In this document: positions 20,722-32,323 of the stretch, in pieces
Position numbering within the stretch: position 1 is the stretch's first letter
Layout: each line of letters opens with the position of its first letter
From: Histomonas meleagridis 2922-C6/04-290x
Lineage: Eukaryota > Protista > Parabasalia
Assembly: GCA_020184695.1 (NCBI GenBank)
Contig: JAANOX010000042.1
Coordinates: forward strand, 62,001-126,000
Reading direction: 5' to 3'
Length of the DNA: 64,000 bases
Notes under the pieces: generated by a model
Told to the model about the DNA's origin: nothing
What the model saw: the letters and a program-made list of their open reading frames with translations, nothing else
The model's database searches: none
Program-made: the position numbers and the translations under genes

Positions 20722-21169
20722 ATCTGGACAGTTAATTTCAAGTAAAGAAAAATGCATTAGCATTATCCAATTGGATCTATTGAGTAATGAAATGTTTTGA
20801 GTTTAATGGGAGAAAGAAAGAAGCGAATGATTTGGTATCAATGAATTATACACATTTTGACTATCGAAGAATAACATTTTGCAACTAACAAATTACAGGT
20901 ACAAGAAAAAGGGCCGCAGCCAAATAAACTCAGAAAAACTTAACAATTTTGTTTGCTTCTTAACGGTCGAATATCCTACAACACAAAATGCACTTTTATA
21001 TCAATTTTCTTAACTTATTTTGTTTCCATGTTCTCTTAATCAGTTACAAGTCGATGTGTTTAATTCCAATGAATGACTTCGATATCTTTAACAAATTGTA
21101 CATAAGTTTGACAAAAGAATTCCAAACATTTAAAATTCCGATTGAAATATTTATTACTTAATAATTACT

Positions 21170-23668
21170 TTAATTTCCGAATATTTTTGACAACAGTTCA
21201 ATTCCATTATAATCAGAATGCGCCTTAAACAAAGATCCGTCTCTATTCTCCTCGAATTCCCTAATGTATAATGTTCTTATGTTAGACACGATATAACTGT
21301 ACAAAACGAATGCGACTTCATCAGCCAAATTACACGCCGCAACCAAACGCGGAAAGTTATTACAAAACGGAGCCTTAAGTGATGAATTACACTTCAAGAC
21401 ATTCATCGAATAAAGATTTTCCATAACTTTTCGTACGGAAATCACCAAATTCCATTCAGAAAAATCTGGATTTTCGGAATAGACTTCTGCTGGCGACTCA
21501 TTAAATATAACAAGTGCAAAGCTATTTGTCGGATCAAATCGTTCTGCTGTTGCCTTATCGAAATGAAGTTTGCTACAATATAAAAACCTAAACAAAGCTG
21601 TGTCATAATAAGACACTGAAAAAGTGGGAACGAGACCGTTAACGGCAGGTTGCTTACGCAAAAAGTGACCGAGATTTGATATGAATTCGTTAAAACCGTC
21701 GGATGATGACTTTTCGCAAAAGAGTTCGTTCGAATTTGATGTCAAACGCGTCATTGATATTACGTATTGCATTCTTCCGATGCTTTGTTCGTAATCCTTC
21801 AGTTGCGCAATTGAAGCGTTATCTAAAGGTGTTATATTATATTGATTCGATTGTGTAAATAGTCCAAAAGCTGAAAGGAGATAAAATGTATCTCTTTTTC
21901 GTGTTCGTTGAGCAATAGGTTTATACGGAGTGAAGGGATTATCTGCGGATGGGGAAATGGACAATGGAGAAGGCTCATCGATTCTTAATGGCGCATTTGG
22001 GATTGGCGAAAGGCGATAAGCGGACATCGACAATCTGTTTCTGCATACGATGATTGCGTTTTCATCATCGATGAATTCGCTTGAAATTATTGTTGAATTA
22101 AATCTGTAATAATCTTTTTGTCGAGGAAGAATTGCTTCGATATCAGATGCATTAAGTTGATAACGAAGTGGGAAAGCGATTATGTTTTGGAGCTGCTGAC
22201 GAAGTAATGAATCCTCAAGGTTATGTACGAAGTCATTAATTATTGAAATACATTGTTCATCTTTACGAATCGCTTCGACATATGTTAAGATTTCGATTAA
22301 CATTAACGCTAAAAATGTGTACATTTCGGGAGATACTTTTTCGATTAAATGAGATATTAAATTTGGGGTAACAAATGATGGAAATACATGCGCGGCAAAG
22401 CCAAGTAATAAAATGATTTCAGGCGAATGTTGACGTGTTAATAAGTTAACAAATACTGATTGATAATCTGAATGCTTTGTAAATAAAGTGATATAAAGTA
22501 AATGATAATAATTCGATGATTCATGTATTATCTTTGAGAACATTAATTGGAAAAATTCCTTTTTCCCGTAATTATTAAAATAATTTAAATTTAATAACTC
22601 ACATAAATTACAACATAATAAATCCATCTCAAGTGAGGTGAAATCAATGTCACTTGTAGTTCCAATAGCTGAGATAGAATCACCAGAAAATGTTAGTACA
22701 AATTCTGGCCTCGAAAAGATAACATGCGAAAAATAGCGAATGATGTTCGTAACGGACGCCGGACGGTTTTTCAGAAGTTCTTTGCGAATTGAATTGGCAA
22801 AAATTTGAAGCCACTTAGAGCCAGGAATAGCCTTTCCCTGTCCAAAAAGATCAAATAAGTCCTTGTAGAATTCAGGAAGGAGGTGATCAAATGGAAAAAC
22901 AGCATCACCAAAAGAACTAAGAATTGTATCAATGGGCATAAGAAATCGAAAGAGACCAACTTGAGCGGTTTGGAACGAACGAATTATACTAAACAAACAA
23001 TGGCTTCGAACATCTTGCGTCATCTCTCGATTTAACATTGTTTTAAGAAGAAGTAACGCAAATTCTTTTGGTGCTGGATTTTCTCTGCTCCAAACTCCTG
23101 ATGCATAAAGACCATTTGTACCTGGGGTTTTGAATATTGCAATAGAAAAAAGAATTCCAACAAAATCTTCCCAATATTTATCAATTGGTTTTTCGGAAAG
23201 GAGTTGCAACGCCTTAGGGGTTTGAAGACCTGAACATAAAAAAACATGCATTGAAAGTTCAAGCATCTTTTGCTTCCCTTTTCCAGCAAATGTAACAAAC
23301 TTAGGAAGGATTCTCATTAAAAGATCCCATGTTGAAGGTTCTAATGGGAATGGAGGTGAATAAATAATACGGGAAAATAATTCTGAAACTTCTGTTACTG
23401 AAATTCTTCCTTTTCCTGAAACTTCGGCAAAAATAGCTTGTATTGTTTTTCTTAGATATTCATTTCGGACAGAATCAGAATTTCCATATGTTACTTTTCC
23501 TGTAAACCACATTTTTATTGATTCTATTGATTTCAAAAGAAGAGCTTCATTAGAGTTTACGATTGCGTCATCCCAAGCGCCATATATTTTTTCAAGCATT
23601 GGTATGGCTGATGTTGTTCCAGATCTTGGTTTTGTTTTCGATTCGATTTTTGGAAGCTTTTGTTCCAT
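21170..23668 (-). CDS. Rap/Ran-GAP-domain protein (tuberin/RalGAP-like)
   Basis: Helical N-terminal part. The C-terminal segment FNEFISNLG...YYDTALFRFLY...ALVIFNES...NLVISVRK follows the RapGAP-fold pattern. Confidence 0.5.
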   Translation of the reverse strand: MEQKLPKIESKTKPRSGTTSAIPMLEKIYGAWDDAIVNSNEALLLKSIESIKMWFTGKVTYGNSDSVRNEYLRKTIQAIFAEVSGKGRISVTEVSELFSRIIYSPPFPLEPSTWDLLMRILPKFVTFAGKGKQKMLELSMHVFLCSGLQTPKALQLLSEKPIDKYWEDFVGILFSIAIFKTPGTNGLYASGVWSRENPAPKEFALLLLKTMLNREMTQDVRSHCLFSIIRSFQTAQVGLFRFLMPIDTILSSFGDAVFPFDHLLPEFYKDLFDLFGQGKAIPGSKWLQIFANSIRKELLKNRPASVTNIIRYFSHVIFSRPEFVLTFSGDSISAIGTTSDIDFTSLEMDLLCCNLCELLNLNYFNNYGKKEFFQLMFSKIIHESSNYYHLLYITLFTKHSDYQSVFVNLLTRQHSPEIILLLGFAAHVFPSFVTPNLISHLIEKVSPEMYTFLALMLIEILTYVEAIRKDEQCISIINDFVHNLEDSLLRQQLQNIIAFPLRYQLNASDIEAILPRQKDYYRFNSTIISSEFIDDENAIIVCRNRLSMSAYRLSPIPNAPLRIDEPSPLSISPSADNPFTPYKPIAQRTRKRDTFYLLSAFGLFTQSNQYNITPLDNASIAQLKDYEQSIGRMQYVISMTRLTSNSNELFCEKSSSDGFNEFISNLGHFLRKQPAVNGLVPTFSVSYYDTALFRFLYCSKLHFDKATAERFDPTNSFALVIFNESPAEVYSENPDFSEWNLVISVRKVMENLYSMNVLKCNSSLKAPFCNNFPRLVAACNLADEVAFVLYSYIVSNIRTLYIREFEENRDGSLFKAHSDYNGIELLSKIFGN

Positions 23669-24009
23669 CTGCTCAAAAAATGTTCCAAAAAACCGTTTGT
23701 TTACAGCCGTAGACGGCCGATAACGTCGGTTTGATTATTGTCACTTTTGCCTCTTCCAAAAACGTCAGGTACCCCCATTAACCGTTCATCCAGCTAATAA
23801 ATATCATATGGATGGCTCAAGTAATACAATTATGTATATACAGATATTTTCAATTCACATATATAATTTTACTATACTATTCAAAGCAAATTTATGATAT
23901 TAATTTTACTTAATCATCTTCAACTTATATAATGTTAATTGAAAAATAAAATTTTTTCTAAAGAAGATTTTAATGGATAGAAGAAATATGCGCAAAATTA
24001 TGAAAAACA

Positions 24010-24180
24010 TTATATCAAAAAATGGTTAATAAATGTGAAGTCTATACCAAGTTTAAGTGATTTTGCCATCAGTATAAATTTTAAATAAAACAAATAAATA
24101 TCTTTAGCATTAACATCAATTCCTTTTTGTTCAAGTAGTAATTTAACTATTTCTATTATAATATTTACAGATGCTGAAAT
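24010..24180 (-). pseudogene. Orphan ankyrin core plus 5' part of a spacer
   Basis: EIVKLLLEQKGIDVNAKD followed by ATTTATTTGTTTTATTTAAAATTTAT, nearly identical to the start of the spacer at 3169-3248. Confidence 0.65.
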
Positions 24181-24497
24181 TACATATATGGATCTTATTG
24201 TCATAACGATTTTGTTCGTTTATTAAGACAAAATATATACCATAAAAGAGAATCAATTCATATTTTAAATATTATAACAAGCATTTAAACATGATTTTGA
24301 GAGATTAACTATAACCCTACTAGTTATTGAATATTATTTATCATAACTACAATGCATCTTTATTTTGCATAATATCAAAGTGGTCAATCCTTTACCAAAA
24401 ACTTAAAATTTGATTCCACAACTCACTGAAACAAAGTTATAACTAACAAATTACAATACATTTCTTTCAATTATTATTAAAAAAATTATTTTATTAT

Positions 24498-26678
24498 TTA
24501 TTGTTTAATCATTTTTGTAATTTTCATCATAATTGGGTCATTTTCCGCCAAATCGCATTTATTTCCAATTGTTTCGTTGATCAACTCGATCAATTCCTTA
24601 TTTTGTATTTGCACAATATTCCCTATGTAATTAATATCTTTCACATTCTCATCGTCGTCACCTATGGAATTCTTTAATCTTTTCACAGTTATCAAATCAC
24701 AAAACGCGTTTATGTTATCCACATCCAAACATTTCTTTCTAATAATATTTTCCAACTTTTCCAATTTTAATTTCATTTTGTCGATCACTTGCATTGGGCT
24801 TTGTTCCAATGCCTTTTTCAAATCATTTTCAGGCCACAACAAACATTTTATATTATTTGATTTCGACACGTTTTCTAATAATTTCATAATCGAATCTAAA
24901 CTTCCATTTGAACCATCGAAAGCTATAGCCATTAATGACTTATGCATTAAAGTATTTAATATACTTAAACCTTCATCACCAAATTGTTGTCCACAGACGT
25001 CAATACATTTAATATCATTACTATTAATGAATTGCGTTAAAATAGGTAACAATTGTCCTTCGATATAATAATTATCATTTCCTTTAACCACAAATCGTTT
25101 TATTGGTTTTTCTTTAAGGAAATTCTTTAAGTTATTAATTGTCGATATTTCTTTATTACTTATACAATATGATAAATCTATATCAACAAGTTTTGGTTGA
25201 TTCTTTAAAAAGACAAAGAACTCCGAAGAATTTTTATCATTAATTATGTTCGATCTCCATGAAATAGTTTCAATCGTTGGTAATTGTATTGATATAATTT
25301 GGCTATAAAAATCAATGAAGTTATCGCCTTCAAGTTGTATCCCATCCATAATTAATGCCTTTGGATATTCAGTAACATTTGTTAAGCTTTTGAATAATGA
25401 TATTAATGAATTAACTGTGAAGTTACAGCCACTTAAGTCTAATGTATCAATACCTTTGAGAGATTGAAGTTGCGTTGTTTTAATTGGCTCATAAAAGCGA
25501 CAATTCCGTATTTTGAGTTGTTTCAGTCCGGTTTTGTTTTGTGTCATAGTGGAAAGAATATGATTTGCACTAAATCCACTTGAACATATGTCTAATGTTT
25601 TGATGATCTTACCAAATGGTATAGTATCTGTGTTTAATAATTGTAAGATTAATGTTTCTAATGTTTTAGGCTCATTAATGTTACGGATATATATTTCATT
25701 TAAATAATTGAAACATTTCGATTTGTATATTGTGGTGAAGAATAATTTTAATGTTTCTTCATTAAATTCACATAAATCTAAATGGATACTATATATCATT
25801 CCTCGATATTTAGATAGATCTGTTATAAATGGTTTGAGTTGATCTAAATCTATAAAGTTACAGTTGTGTATAATGATATTGGTCAAACAAACACTTTCAC
25901 TTGATGCAAAAAAAGTGACGGGACCGGAAAACGTTATATTTTCGAATCTGATCGTTTTTAAGTGTGTGCACTTGCTAAAGTATGGATGAAACTGTTTCGA
26001 AAATTCACTAAAATCAAGATTTTCGATGGAAATGCTAAATGATTGATTTTGATATATCATGCTTTCAAAAATGATGCTAATAAATGGAGTATTAAAAAGA
26101 GTGGAACCAATGGTAACGGTGTTCTGCTTTTCGCGATTCTCTTGGAAGATTTGGGCAAGAAATTGCGTGATATCAAACTTTTCTTGATTTGTTAAAAAAT
26201 TAACAGAAAAAGCAATTATCCTGTCAATAAAAATGTTGTCTGTCTTGAAAACATAATCGTCGTTTTCGAATTTTTGTTGAATTTCCCCTTGAGAAAATTC
26301 AATTTTAATGCTTGTATTGAAAAGAGAACTATAAACCTCATTCACAATTGATGCCATCCTTACAGGAGCATTGTGGTATATTGTTAACTTTTCTCCTTCA
26401 ATATCAAACGTAATTTTATTATCTTCAAGTTCTATTTTCTTTATTGATTTTAATGCTATCACTTTATTTATCTGATATCCTGCAAGCAGCTTTTTGTCAA
26501 TGGTAATAAGTGCTGCTGATGTGATAAATAAAAATCGATTTTGATTTTGTTTACTAGCTTTATGAAGATTTTCATACAAAAGGACTTGGACCATCGGCAA
26601 TTTAAAAAGAGGATGTAATTGATGAAGTTTTTTTTCTAAATTTTCATCCATTCCAAACTGCTGAACAGGTGACGCCAT
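24498..26678 (-). CDS. CARMIL-like PH plus leucine-rich-repeat protein
   Basis: PH-like N-terminus (NRFLFITSAALITI), then RNI-type LRRs (LKQLKIRNC, IDTLDLSGCNF, LVDIDLSYC, IKCIDVCGQQFGDEG). Confidence 0.6.
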   Translation of the reverse strand: MASPVQQFGMDENLEKKLHQLHPLFKLPMVQVLLYENLHKASKQNQNRFLFITSAALITIDKKLLAGYQINKVIALKSIKKIELEDNKITFDIEGEKLTIYHNAPVRMASIVNEVYSSLFNTSIKIEFSQGEIQQKFENDDYVFKTDNIFIDRIIAFSVNFLTNQEKFDITQFLAQIFQENREKQNTVTIGSTLFNTPFISIIFESMIYQNQSFSISIENLDFSEFSKQFHPYFSKCTHLKTIRFENITFSGPVTFFASSESVCLTNIIIHNCNFIDLDQLKPFITDLSKYRGMIYSIHLDLCEFNEETLKLFFTTIYKSKCFNYLNEIYIRNINEPKTLETLILQLLNTDTIPFGKIIKTLDICSSGFSANHILSTMTQNKTGLKQLKIRNCRFYEPIKTTQLQSLKGIDTLDLSGCNFTVNSLISLFKSLTNVTEYPKALIMDGIQLEGDNFIDFYSQIISIQLPTIETISWRSNIINDKNSSEFFVFLKNQPKLVDIDLSYCISNKEISTINNLKNFLKEKPIKRFVVKGNDNYYIEGQLLPILTQFINSNDIKCIDVCGQQFGDEGLSILNTLMHKSLMAIAFDGSNGSLDSIMKLLENVSKSNNIKCLLWPENDLKKALEQSPMQVIDKMKLKLEKLENIIRKKCLDVDNINAFCDLITVKRLKNSIGDDDENVKDINYIGNIVQIQNKELIELINETIGNKCDLAENDPIMMKITKMIKQ

Positions 26679-27258
26679 CCGTTTTAACGTCCGCCTTTAT
26701 CCACTTTTTGAATTCATTTTATTCCAATCAACACAAAGCCCAAAAAAAAAAGACGATGAAAAAGTTTGTATCGTGTCGAAATAGAGACCAATCATTTGTA
26801 TGCTTTACATCATGTAAATCAATGAAAAGTAGAAAGTGACATGCGAATTTTCTGTTGATAGATAATTTGTCAGTTTTTCAAAATCTATTAATGAAAACTA
26901 TCTTCTAACTGTTTAATATTCCAATTTTTTTCCCTAAATGTGAATGTCTTTAAAATATATTGTCAGTATTATTACGATTTATTTTTTTAGAAAGCTTTCT
27001 TTTTTTACGAATTTTCATTTGAAAAAAGAATTCATGAAAACAATTTAAAAGCATTAAGTTTTCTTTTATCCAATAAATACTTCCATTGTGGTGAGTTAAT
27101 TTTATTTAACAATATATCAACGTTGAGAAGAAAGGTGATTAAGTTTTATAAAATATTTCATTTGACTTGTGACCTGACAATTGAATCAATTTTGAACGTC
27201 AATGCGCTTTTCAATGAAATTCAATTTTTTTTATCTACCATTTGCCAATTTTCTAAAA

Positions 27259-30204
27259 ATGACTTCAAACGACCTGGTTCTTTCACTTAGGGAAATATGC
27301 AATGAGAAATACCAGGTAGCAGATGTCATTCGTATATTACGTGCAATTGAAGCAGACTTGGTAGGTTTAGGATTACAATCAACATCTCTTAGAGAAATAA
27401 CTCCTTATATACATAAATTGTATCAAATCAATAATTTAACTGTTCACGGATACTTGATAAAAATTATTACTGAATTAGAATTACTTTCATCAAAATCCAT
27501 TATTGAAAAATTCAAATTTGATTTTTTGATCGCAGCTTCTTTAGACCAAAGACCACCAGATCCACAGCCGAAAGTTGATGAAGAAAAAAATTCTGCTTTT
27601 CGAATTGTTGCAATTCTTTTAAGAGTTAGAAAAAATTTACCAAAAGCAATTATAAAAGGTCTAGTTTCTCTTTATCAAACTCCAAAGCATACATACAAGC
27701 CATTAATATTGGCTTATTTTTATGAAGCATTTTTAGAATGTCCAAATTCACTTGTTGATACTCCAGAAGTACTTGACATATTAATTGAAGATATGACCAC
27801 CAGTGGTAGTATGATCATGTCTTCTCTTCTTTCTTATTCAATTGAAAATTTTTATGGAATAATTTATCAAAATCATCTTATCTCACATATGATTTCTCCA
27901 TTTGGTACATTCAGCTCTGATCCATCCAAGACAGAAAAAGCAGTTGAGCCTTTGGTTAATCTTTTTCAGACATGGCCAGGTCTCATGTTTGGATTTCAAC
28001 AAGAATTATTTGCTGATCTTCTTCAATGTTTATCACATCAAACAGATTCTGTTGTCAAAATCTTTTCATCTCTTTTGAATCTTGTTCCATACGAGAATGT
28101 TCTTAACAGTTATATTGGACTTCTTCTTTATAATTTAACCAAACTTGGTCTTATCACACAACTCCAAAAAATATCTAAAAACCCATCTGTTTCAGCTCTA
28201 TTAAACACTCTTCTTCCATACATAGCGCATGATACGAATACATTAGATTTAATTCCTATTGCAAATCATGAATCAAAAATCCTTCAACAAAAACATATCT
28301 CAATGGCATATCGACTTTCTCAATTTGCTAAAACAGAAAACGCACCACCGCCAACAGTAATTGGTTTTTCTCTCCAAGGCGATAATGAGTTAACATGGGA
28401 CTTCACTGCGGTTTACAAAATTTTAAACGTAATTTTACCGTTAAATCAAGTTGAAGCCAAAAGCAAATCAGCAAAAGAACTTTATACCAAATTATTGGAC
28501 TATTATTCAGGCCCATTCATCTCAAATAAGAACAGTAAGCCCACCTCAGTCAAATGTAATTGCTTAGTAGCACTTGTTAAGTTGCTTCTGAAGGATCAAA
28601 TGGGATTAGTAACGTTAGAAAGTCATCCACTTTTTGTGAAGGCATTGACAGAGGTCGTTAAGGATTTTTCGGTTTTAATGAAAGCAAATTGGAGTTTTTA
28701 TCGGTGCGTAGTCGAAATGATCGCATCACCAACCGGCGCTTCTTTCTTACAAAAAAATAAAATTGCAGAACTCCTTGAAGAGGCTACTAAGGAATGTACT
28801 GATCCTGCTGTTGCTAAGCAAATGTTAATGTATCTTAACATAACAGAAACAACACAAATCGGAATCACAATGTTTAATAATTTATTCCTCTCAAAGGTAC
28901 CTGAAATACACAAACTAACATTGAAGGTAATTGAAAAACTTAACGAAACAAAACAAAATTTCGGAAGTAACATATTCCCGAAGATTGTTATCCCATTGAT
29001 CAAATTCGAAAAAGAAAGTAACGAATTCATGGCACTTTTAACCGAAATTTTCAGAAAAGACAAAAAGTGCATAGAAACCGCCGCGGCCGATCAAGATGTA
29101 CACAAAGCAATACAAAAGCAATCGCATCAAGTATATTCATTATTATTTAGTACTGAGACTGGACTTAAAGTTGGTGACGTTCAACCCGAAATTAAGTGGT
29201 GGCTTGGAAATGGAAATATTCAATATGTGAAATTATTTGATGAAGCTGTCGAAAAATCAACAAAATCTAAACCTGTTAAGTTCCCACCACATCTGTTCGG
29301 ACAACTTTCTAAAACAAAAACAGGACTTAAGCAAATAATTCCACATATTCAAACAATTATTGGTCTTCTCGATTCGAAACAAATTACCGAAAAAAGAGCT
29401 GCACTTTATGCTCTTGGTCATTTTGCATCAAATCGCCATGCAAGTAAGTATGTCGAAAAATATGGAATTCTTGATAAGATATTTTCACTTGTCAAAAATT
29501 GTCATTCATATGTCCTTCGAGGTTCAGCAATCACATCCCTTTCCATGTTTTACCAAACTCGATATATTTCAGATATGCTTGAGAAAAATGGATGGACAAG
29601 ATTTAAATTTGGAAATCATTCTGTAATTATCCCCAGAGACATTACAAGTTTATTTGAAAGTGTACCTAAAGTTGAACCGAAACTTCCATCAATCGGAGAA
29701 ATTGAAGGTCAAGAAGCCATTACTCTTCTTATCAGAAAAATTTCCAGTCCAATCTCACAAAAACAAGCACGTGCTGAACTCCAAGAAATATATAAGAATG
29801 AGCCCAACAAACTTATTAACCCTGAGCTTGCTGTTTACTCAGCACAGCTCATGAGGGACTTCCTCATGCCCGCTGATAACCGTTATTTTCTTGTGAGGTT
29901 ATTTGGCCGGGCATCACTAGTGAAGTTAACAGGTGAAATGAACCAAGCTGATGAAGCCAAAGCCGCAGTCATCAGAGCCAAAATCTTTTGTTTAGTGAAA
30001 AACGAAATGGATATTCCTTTAACAATGGTAAATATTCCTGTTCAACCATTGAATAAAATTTCAAAAGATAAAATTTGCAAAAATTGCCCTGAACAATTTG
30101 TTCAAGAAAGTCAATTTAAGGAGGCATTTGGCGTTGAAAAAGAGGAGTTTTATTCATTAACAGAAACGGAAATATTAAAAAAACGAATAAAGTTTATGTC
30201 ATAA
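27259..30204 (+). CDS. RICTOR: Rictor/Pianissimo-like TORC2 subunit with a villin-headpiece-like C-terminus
   Basis: FPPHLFGQLSKTKTG, KRAALYALGHFAS and LRGSAITSLS match conserved Rictor blocks. The start may be 27202 or 27259. Confidence 0.7.
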   Translation: MTSNDLVLSLREICNEKYQVADVIRILRAIEADLVGLGLQSTSLREITPYIHKLYQINNLTVHGYLIKIITELELLSSKSIIEKFKFDFLIAASLDQRPPDPQPKVDEEKNSAFRIVAILLRVRKNLPKAIIKGLVSLYQTPKHTYKPLILAYFYEAFLECPNSLVDTPEVLDILIEDMTTSGSMIMSSLLSYSIENFYGIIYQNHLISHMISPFGTFSSDPSKTEKAVEPLVNLFQTWPGLMFGFQQELFADLLQCLSHQTDSVVKIFSSLLNLVPYENVLNSYIGLLLYNLTKLGLITQLQKISKNPSVSALLNTLLPYIAHDTNTLDLIPIANHESKILQQKHISMAYRLSQFAKTENAPPPTVIGFSLQGDNELTWDFTAVYKILNVILPLNQVEAKSKSAKELYTKLLDYYSGPFISNKNSKPTSVKCNCLVALVKLLLKDQMGLVTLESHPLFVKALTEVVKDFSVLMKANWSFYRCVVEMIASPTGASFLQKNKIAELLEEATKECTDPAVAKQMLMYLNITETTQIGITMFNNLFLSKVPEIHKLTLKVIEKLNETKQNFGSNIFPKIVIPLIKFEKESNEFMALLTEIFRKDKKCIETAAADQDVHKAIQKQSHQVYSLLFSTETGLKVGDVQPEIKWWLGNGNIQYVKLFDEAVEKSTKSKPVKFPPHLFGQLSKTKTGLKQIIPHIQTIIGLLDSKQITEKRAALYALGHFASNRHASKYVEKYGILDKIFSLVKNCHSYVLRGSAITSLSMFYQTRYISDMLEKNGWTRFKFGNHSVIIPRDITSLFESVPKVEPKLPSIGEIEGQEAITLLIRKISSPISQKQARAELQEIYKNEPNKLINPELAVYSAQLMRDFLMPADNRYFLVRLFGRASLVKLTGEMNQADEAKAAVIRAKIFCLVKNEMDIPLTMVNIPVQPLNKISKDKICKNCPEQFVQESQFKEAFGVEKEEFYSLTETEILKKRIKFMS

Positions 30205-30265
30205 TCGAAATAATTGAAAATCTTTTGACATTTTTTAAAATTGTGAGAAAATATTAGTCTGCTGA

Positions 30266-30739
30266 ATGGTTTTTAGATCAAGAGAAATACAAAAATATCA
30301 GGAAATAGAACTACAAAGAGGTGTCTTTGGTGTGGCAGAATCATTCCATGGAGATTTCATGGGATGTCCTTGGATTATAGCAAGAAACTTAAATTATTCT
30401 TTATCAGAAGGAGACATCTGCACAATATTTGAACAATATGGAACCATAGTTGCAATGCAGTTAATAAGAGATAAAGATACAGGAACTTCAAAAGGCACAG
30501 CAATCATCGCATATGAAGATCCAAACTCAGCTATTTTAGCAGTAGACAATTTCAATGGAATTTCACTCTTGGGTCGAACAATTAATGTAGATCACTTAGA
30601 TTATAAGCCAAATGAAAAATCTCGATTAACAGATCCTCGAACATTAACTCCAGCAAGACTCAGAGCAGACAAAGCTAATCTCTCTCGCCCTGTTTTTGAT
30701 GAAGGCTCTGCTTCATCTACCGAATCCGATGATGAATAA
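30266..30739 (+). CDS. RBMX2: RBMX2/Snu17-like RRM protein (RES complex)
   Basis: WIIARNLNYSLSEGDICTIFEQYG...LIRDKDTGTSKG...YEDPNSAILAVDNFNGISLLGRTINVDH is the RBMX2/Ist3 RRM signature. Confidence 0.85.
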   Translation: MVFRSREIQKYQEIELQRGVFGVAESFHGDFMGCPWIIARNLNYSLSEGDICTIFEQYGTIVAMQLIRDKDTGTSKGTAIIAYEDPNSAILAVDNFNGISLLGRTINVDHLDYKPNEKSRLTDPRTLTPARLRADKANLSRPVFDEGSASSTESDDE

Positions 30740-30806
30740 GGAAATCAATTTTGTATCACATATATATTAAACATAAAATTACAAAAGTTATTATATTTAT
30801 TATAAA

Positions 30807-31973
30807 TTAATTTTTCTTTGATTTCTTTTTCTTATCAAATATATTTTGTCCCACTATAAAAGACACCAAAAACACAAAAATTGCACATATACAAGTGAAT
30901 GTACATAAACATTTTCTCACATTCATTAACAAATACACTTGTAATCTCCAAAGAATTGCATTTGTTTGGCTACTCTTCTTCCAAACTTCGTCAAAATTAT
31001 TTACAATTTCCATTACAGAGTTTTTGTCGAATTCGGAATCAAGTAATACACCTTTAATATGTTTATGGTCAAGTAAGAAATTACATTTTTGGCTGTTGCC
31101 ACATAACATTAATGAAAGAAATCGACTTTTTGTAGAGTTAATAAATACTAATGGAAGTGTTCCTTGTAATTGTTTTGTTTGTGCATAATTTTCTTCATCG
31201 ATTTCATCATTGACAGTAACAAAAGAAATACCACAATTATCATTAAACGTTTCGCTGAAAATTTTGTTTTTGTGTATTGAAATAAAGTCCATCAAATTTT
31301 CATATATGAAATCGCCTCGAAATGTGACATGCTGAAGTGTTGGTGGGACATAAACAAAAGAAATGAGAGGATAATGTGCAAACTTTTCATATAGTTCTCT
31401 ATCAACTACAAAGCCAAATGTAATATCAGAGCCAATTAATGACTCAGCAATTTGTTCAAAAACAGGATACTTCTCTTCTAGATCACCTGCATTTTCACGT
31501 GAAACTAGAAGAAATAATGGAGATTCCTTGGAAAAAAATTGAATTTGATCAAGTGATTTGATTTCCATAATATTTTGGTTTTGTATATCATGTGCTAATT
31601 TCTTTAATGATTTAAAAGAGAAGTCTCGATCAATTTTGATGGTTGTTCGTTTTTCAGCAGGATACGATATAAATGTAAAACCAGGTTGTAGAGAAAACTT
31701 TGAACATATAGTAGGAGAATTAAAGCAGTCAATTGTTGCTGTTGCAATTGGTAATGTTTCTTGAGATCTTTGAAATTCATTAAATATTTGTAATTCTTTT
31801 GTATTACGATTCAAATAAGGAAATATGATAAAAGGATATTGAGAAGAATTTGTTACTCCACTAAACGCTTTTTTATAAAAATCAGGAACTATGAAACATA
31901 TTGAAGAAAATAGAAACAACATTAAAAGTAAACTATAGAATTTTAATCGGCCTTCGAAAAAAATAAAAAACAA
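30807..31973 (-). CDS. Thioredoxin-fold (PDI-like, no CGHC) type I membrane protein
   Basis: Hydrophobic N-terminus, ATIDCFNSPTIC and FRGDFIYENLMDFI (Trx-like ends), C-terminal TM and a KKKKSKKN tail. Confidence 0.55.
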   Translation of the reverse strand: MFFIFFEGRLKFYSLLLMLFLFSSICFIVPDFYKKAFSGVTNSSQYPFIIFPYLNRNTKELQIFNEFQRSQETLPIATATIDCFNSPTICSKFSLQPGFTFISYPAEKRTTIKIDRDFSFKSLKKLAHDIQNQNIMEIKSLDQIQFFSKESPLFLLVSRENAGDLEEKYPVFEQIAESLIGSDITFGFVVDRELYEKFAHYPLISFVYVPPTLQHVTFRGDFIYENLMDFISIHKNKIFSETFNDNCGISFVTVNDEIDEENYAQTKQLQGTLPLVFINSTKSRFLSLMLCGNSQKCNFLLDHKHIKGVLLDSEFDKNSVMEIVNNFDEVWKKSSQTNAILWRLQVYLLMNVRKCLCTFTCICAIFVFLVSFIVGQNIFDKKKKSKKN

Positions 31974-32323
31974 ATTTCATCCGAAAAATTTCTCTTTATT
32001 TCACATTTTTTGGGAAATATCCTTTGTCAATATTTGTAATATGCTATGGTTTGCTTTTTCCCTTAAGCAAAAACAATTTTATTTCAATTTGCAAACATCA
32101 AATTTGAAGAAAAATGTCTATATAAGTATTTTTTGAAGTTTTATTTTTTTATTGAACAAATTATTTTTGATGCAACATATAAAATTGTCTTTATATTTAT
32201 TATGTCTTCCAAAAAAAATATTTCATTTTACCACACAGTCAAATTCCGGTTGTTTCACAAAAATTTGAGTGTTTAAAATTGAATTTAAATTGAATTGGAC
32301 TTTGGAATAAATATCAAACAAAA

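Noticed and set aside
20835-20898. Possible small intron GTATCA...ACTAACAAATTACAG in an intergenic region
   Set aside because: The branch-to-AG distance differs from the trichomonad 12-nt consensus, and splicing yields only an unrecognisable ORF of about 40 aa.
21170-30204. TOR/actin gene cluster (GAP-like, CARMIL-like and Rictor-like genes adjacent)
   Set aside because: The family calls are moderate-confidence and these families are commonly expanded. Adjacency alone is not evidence of function.
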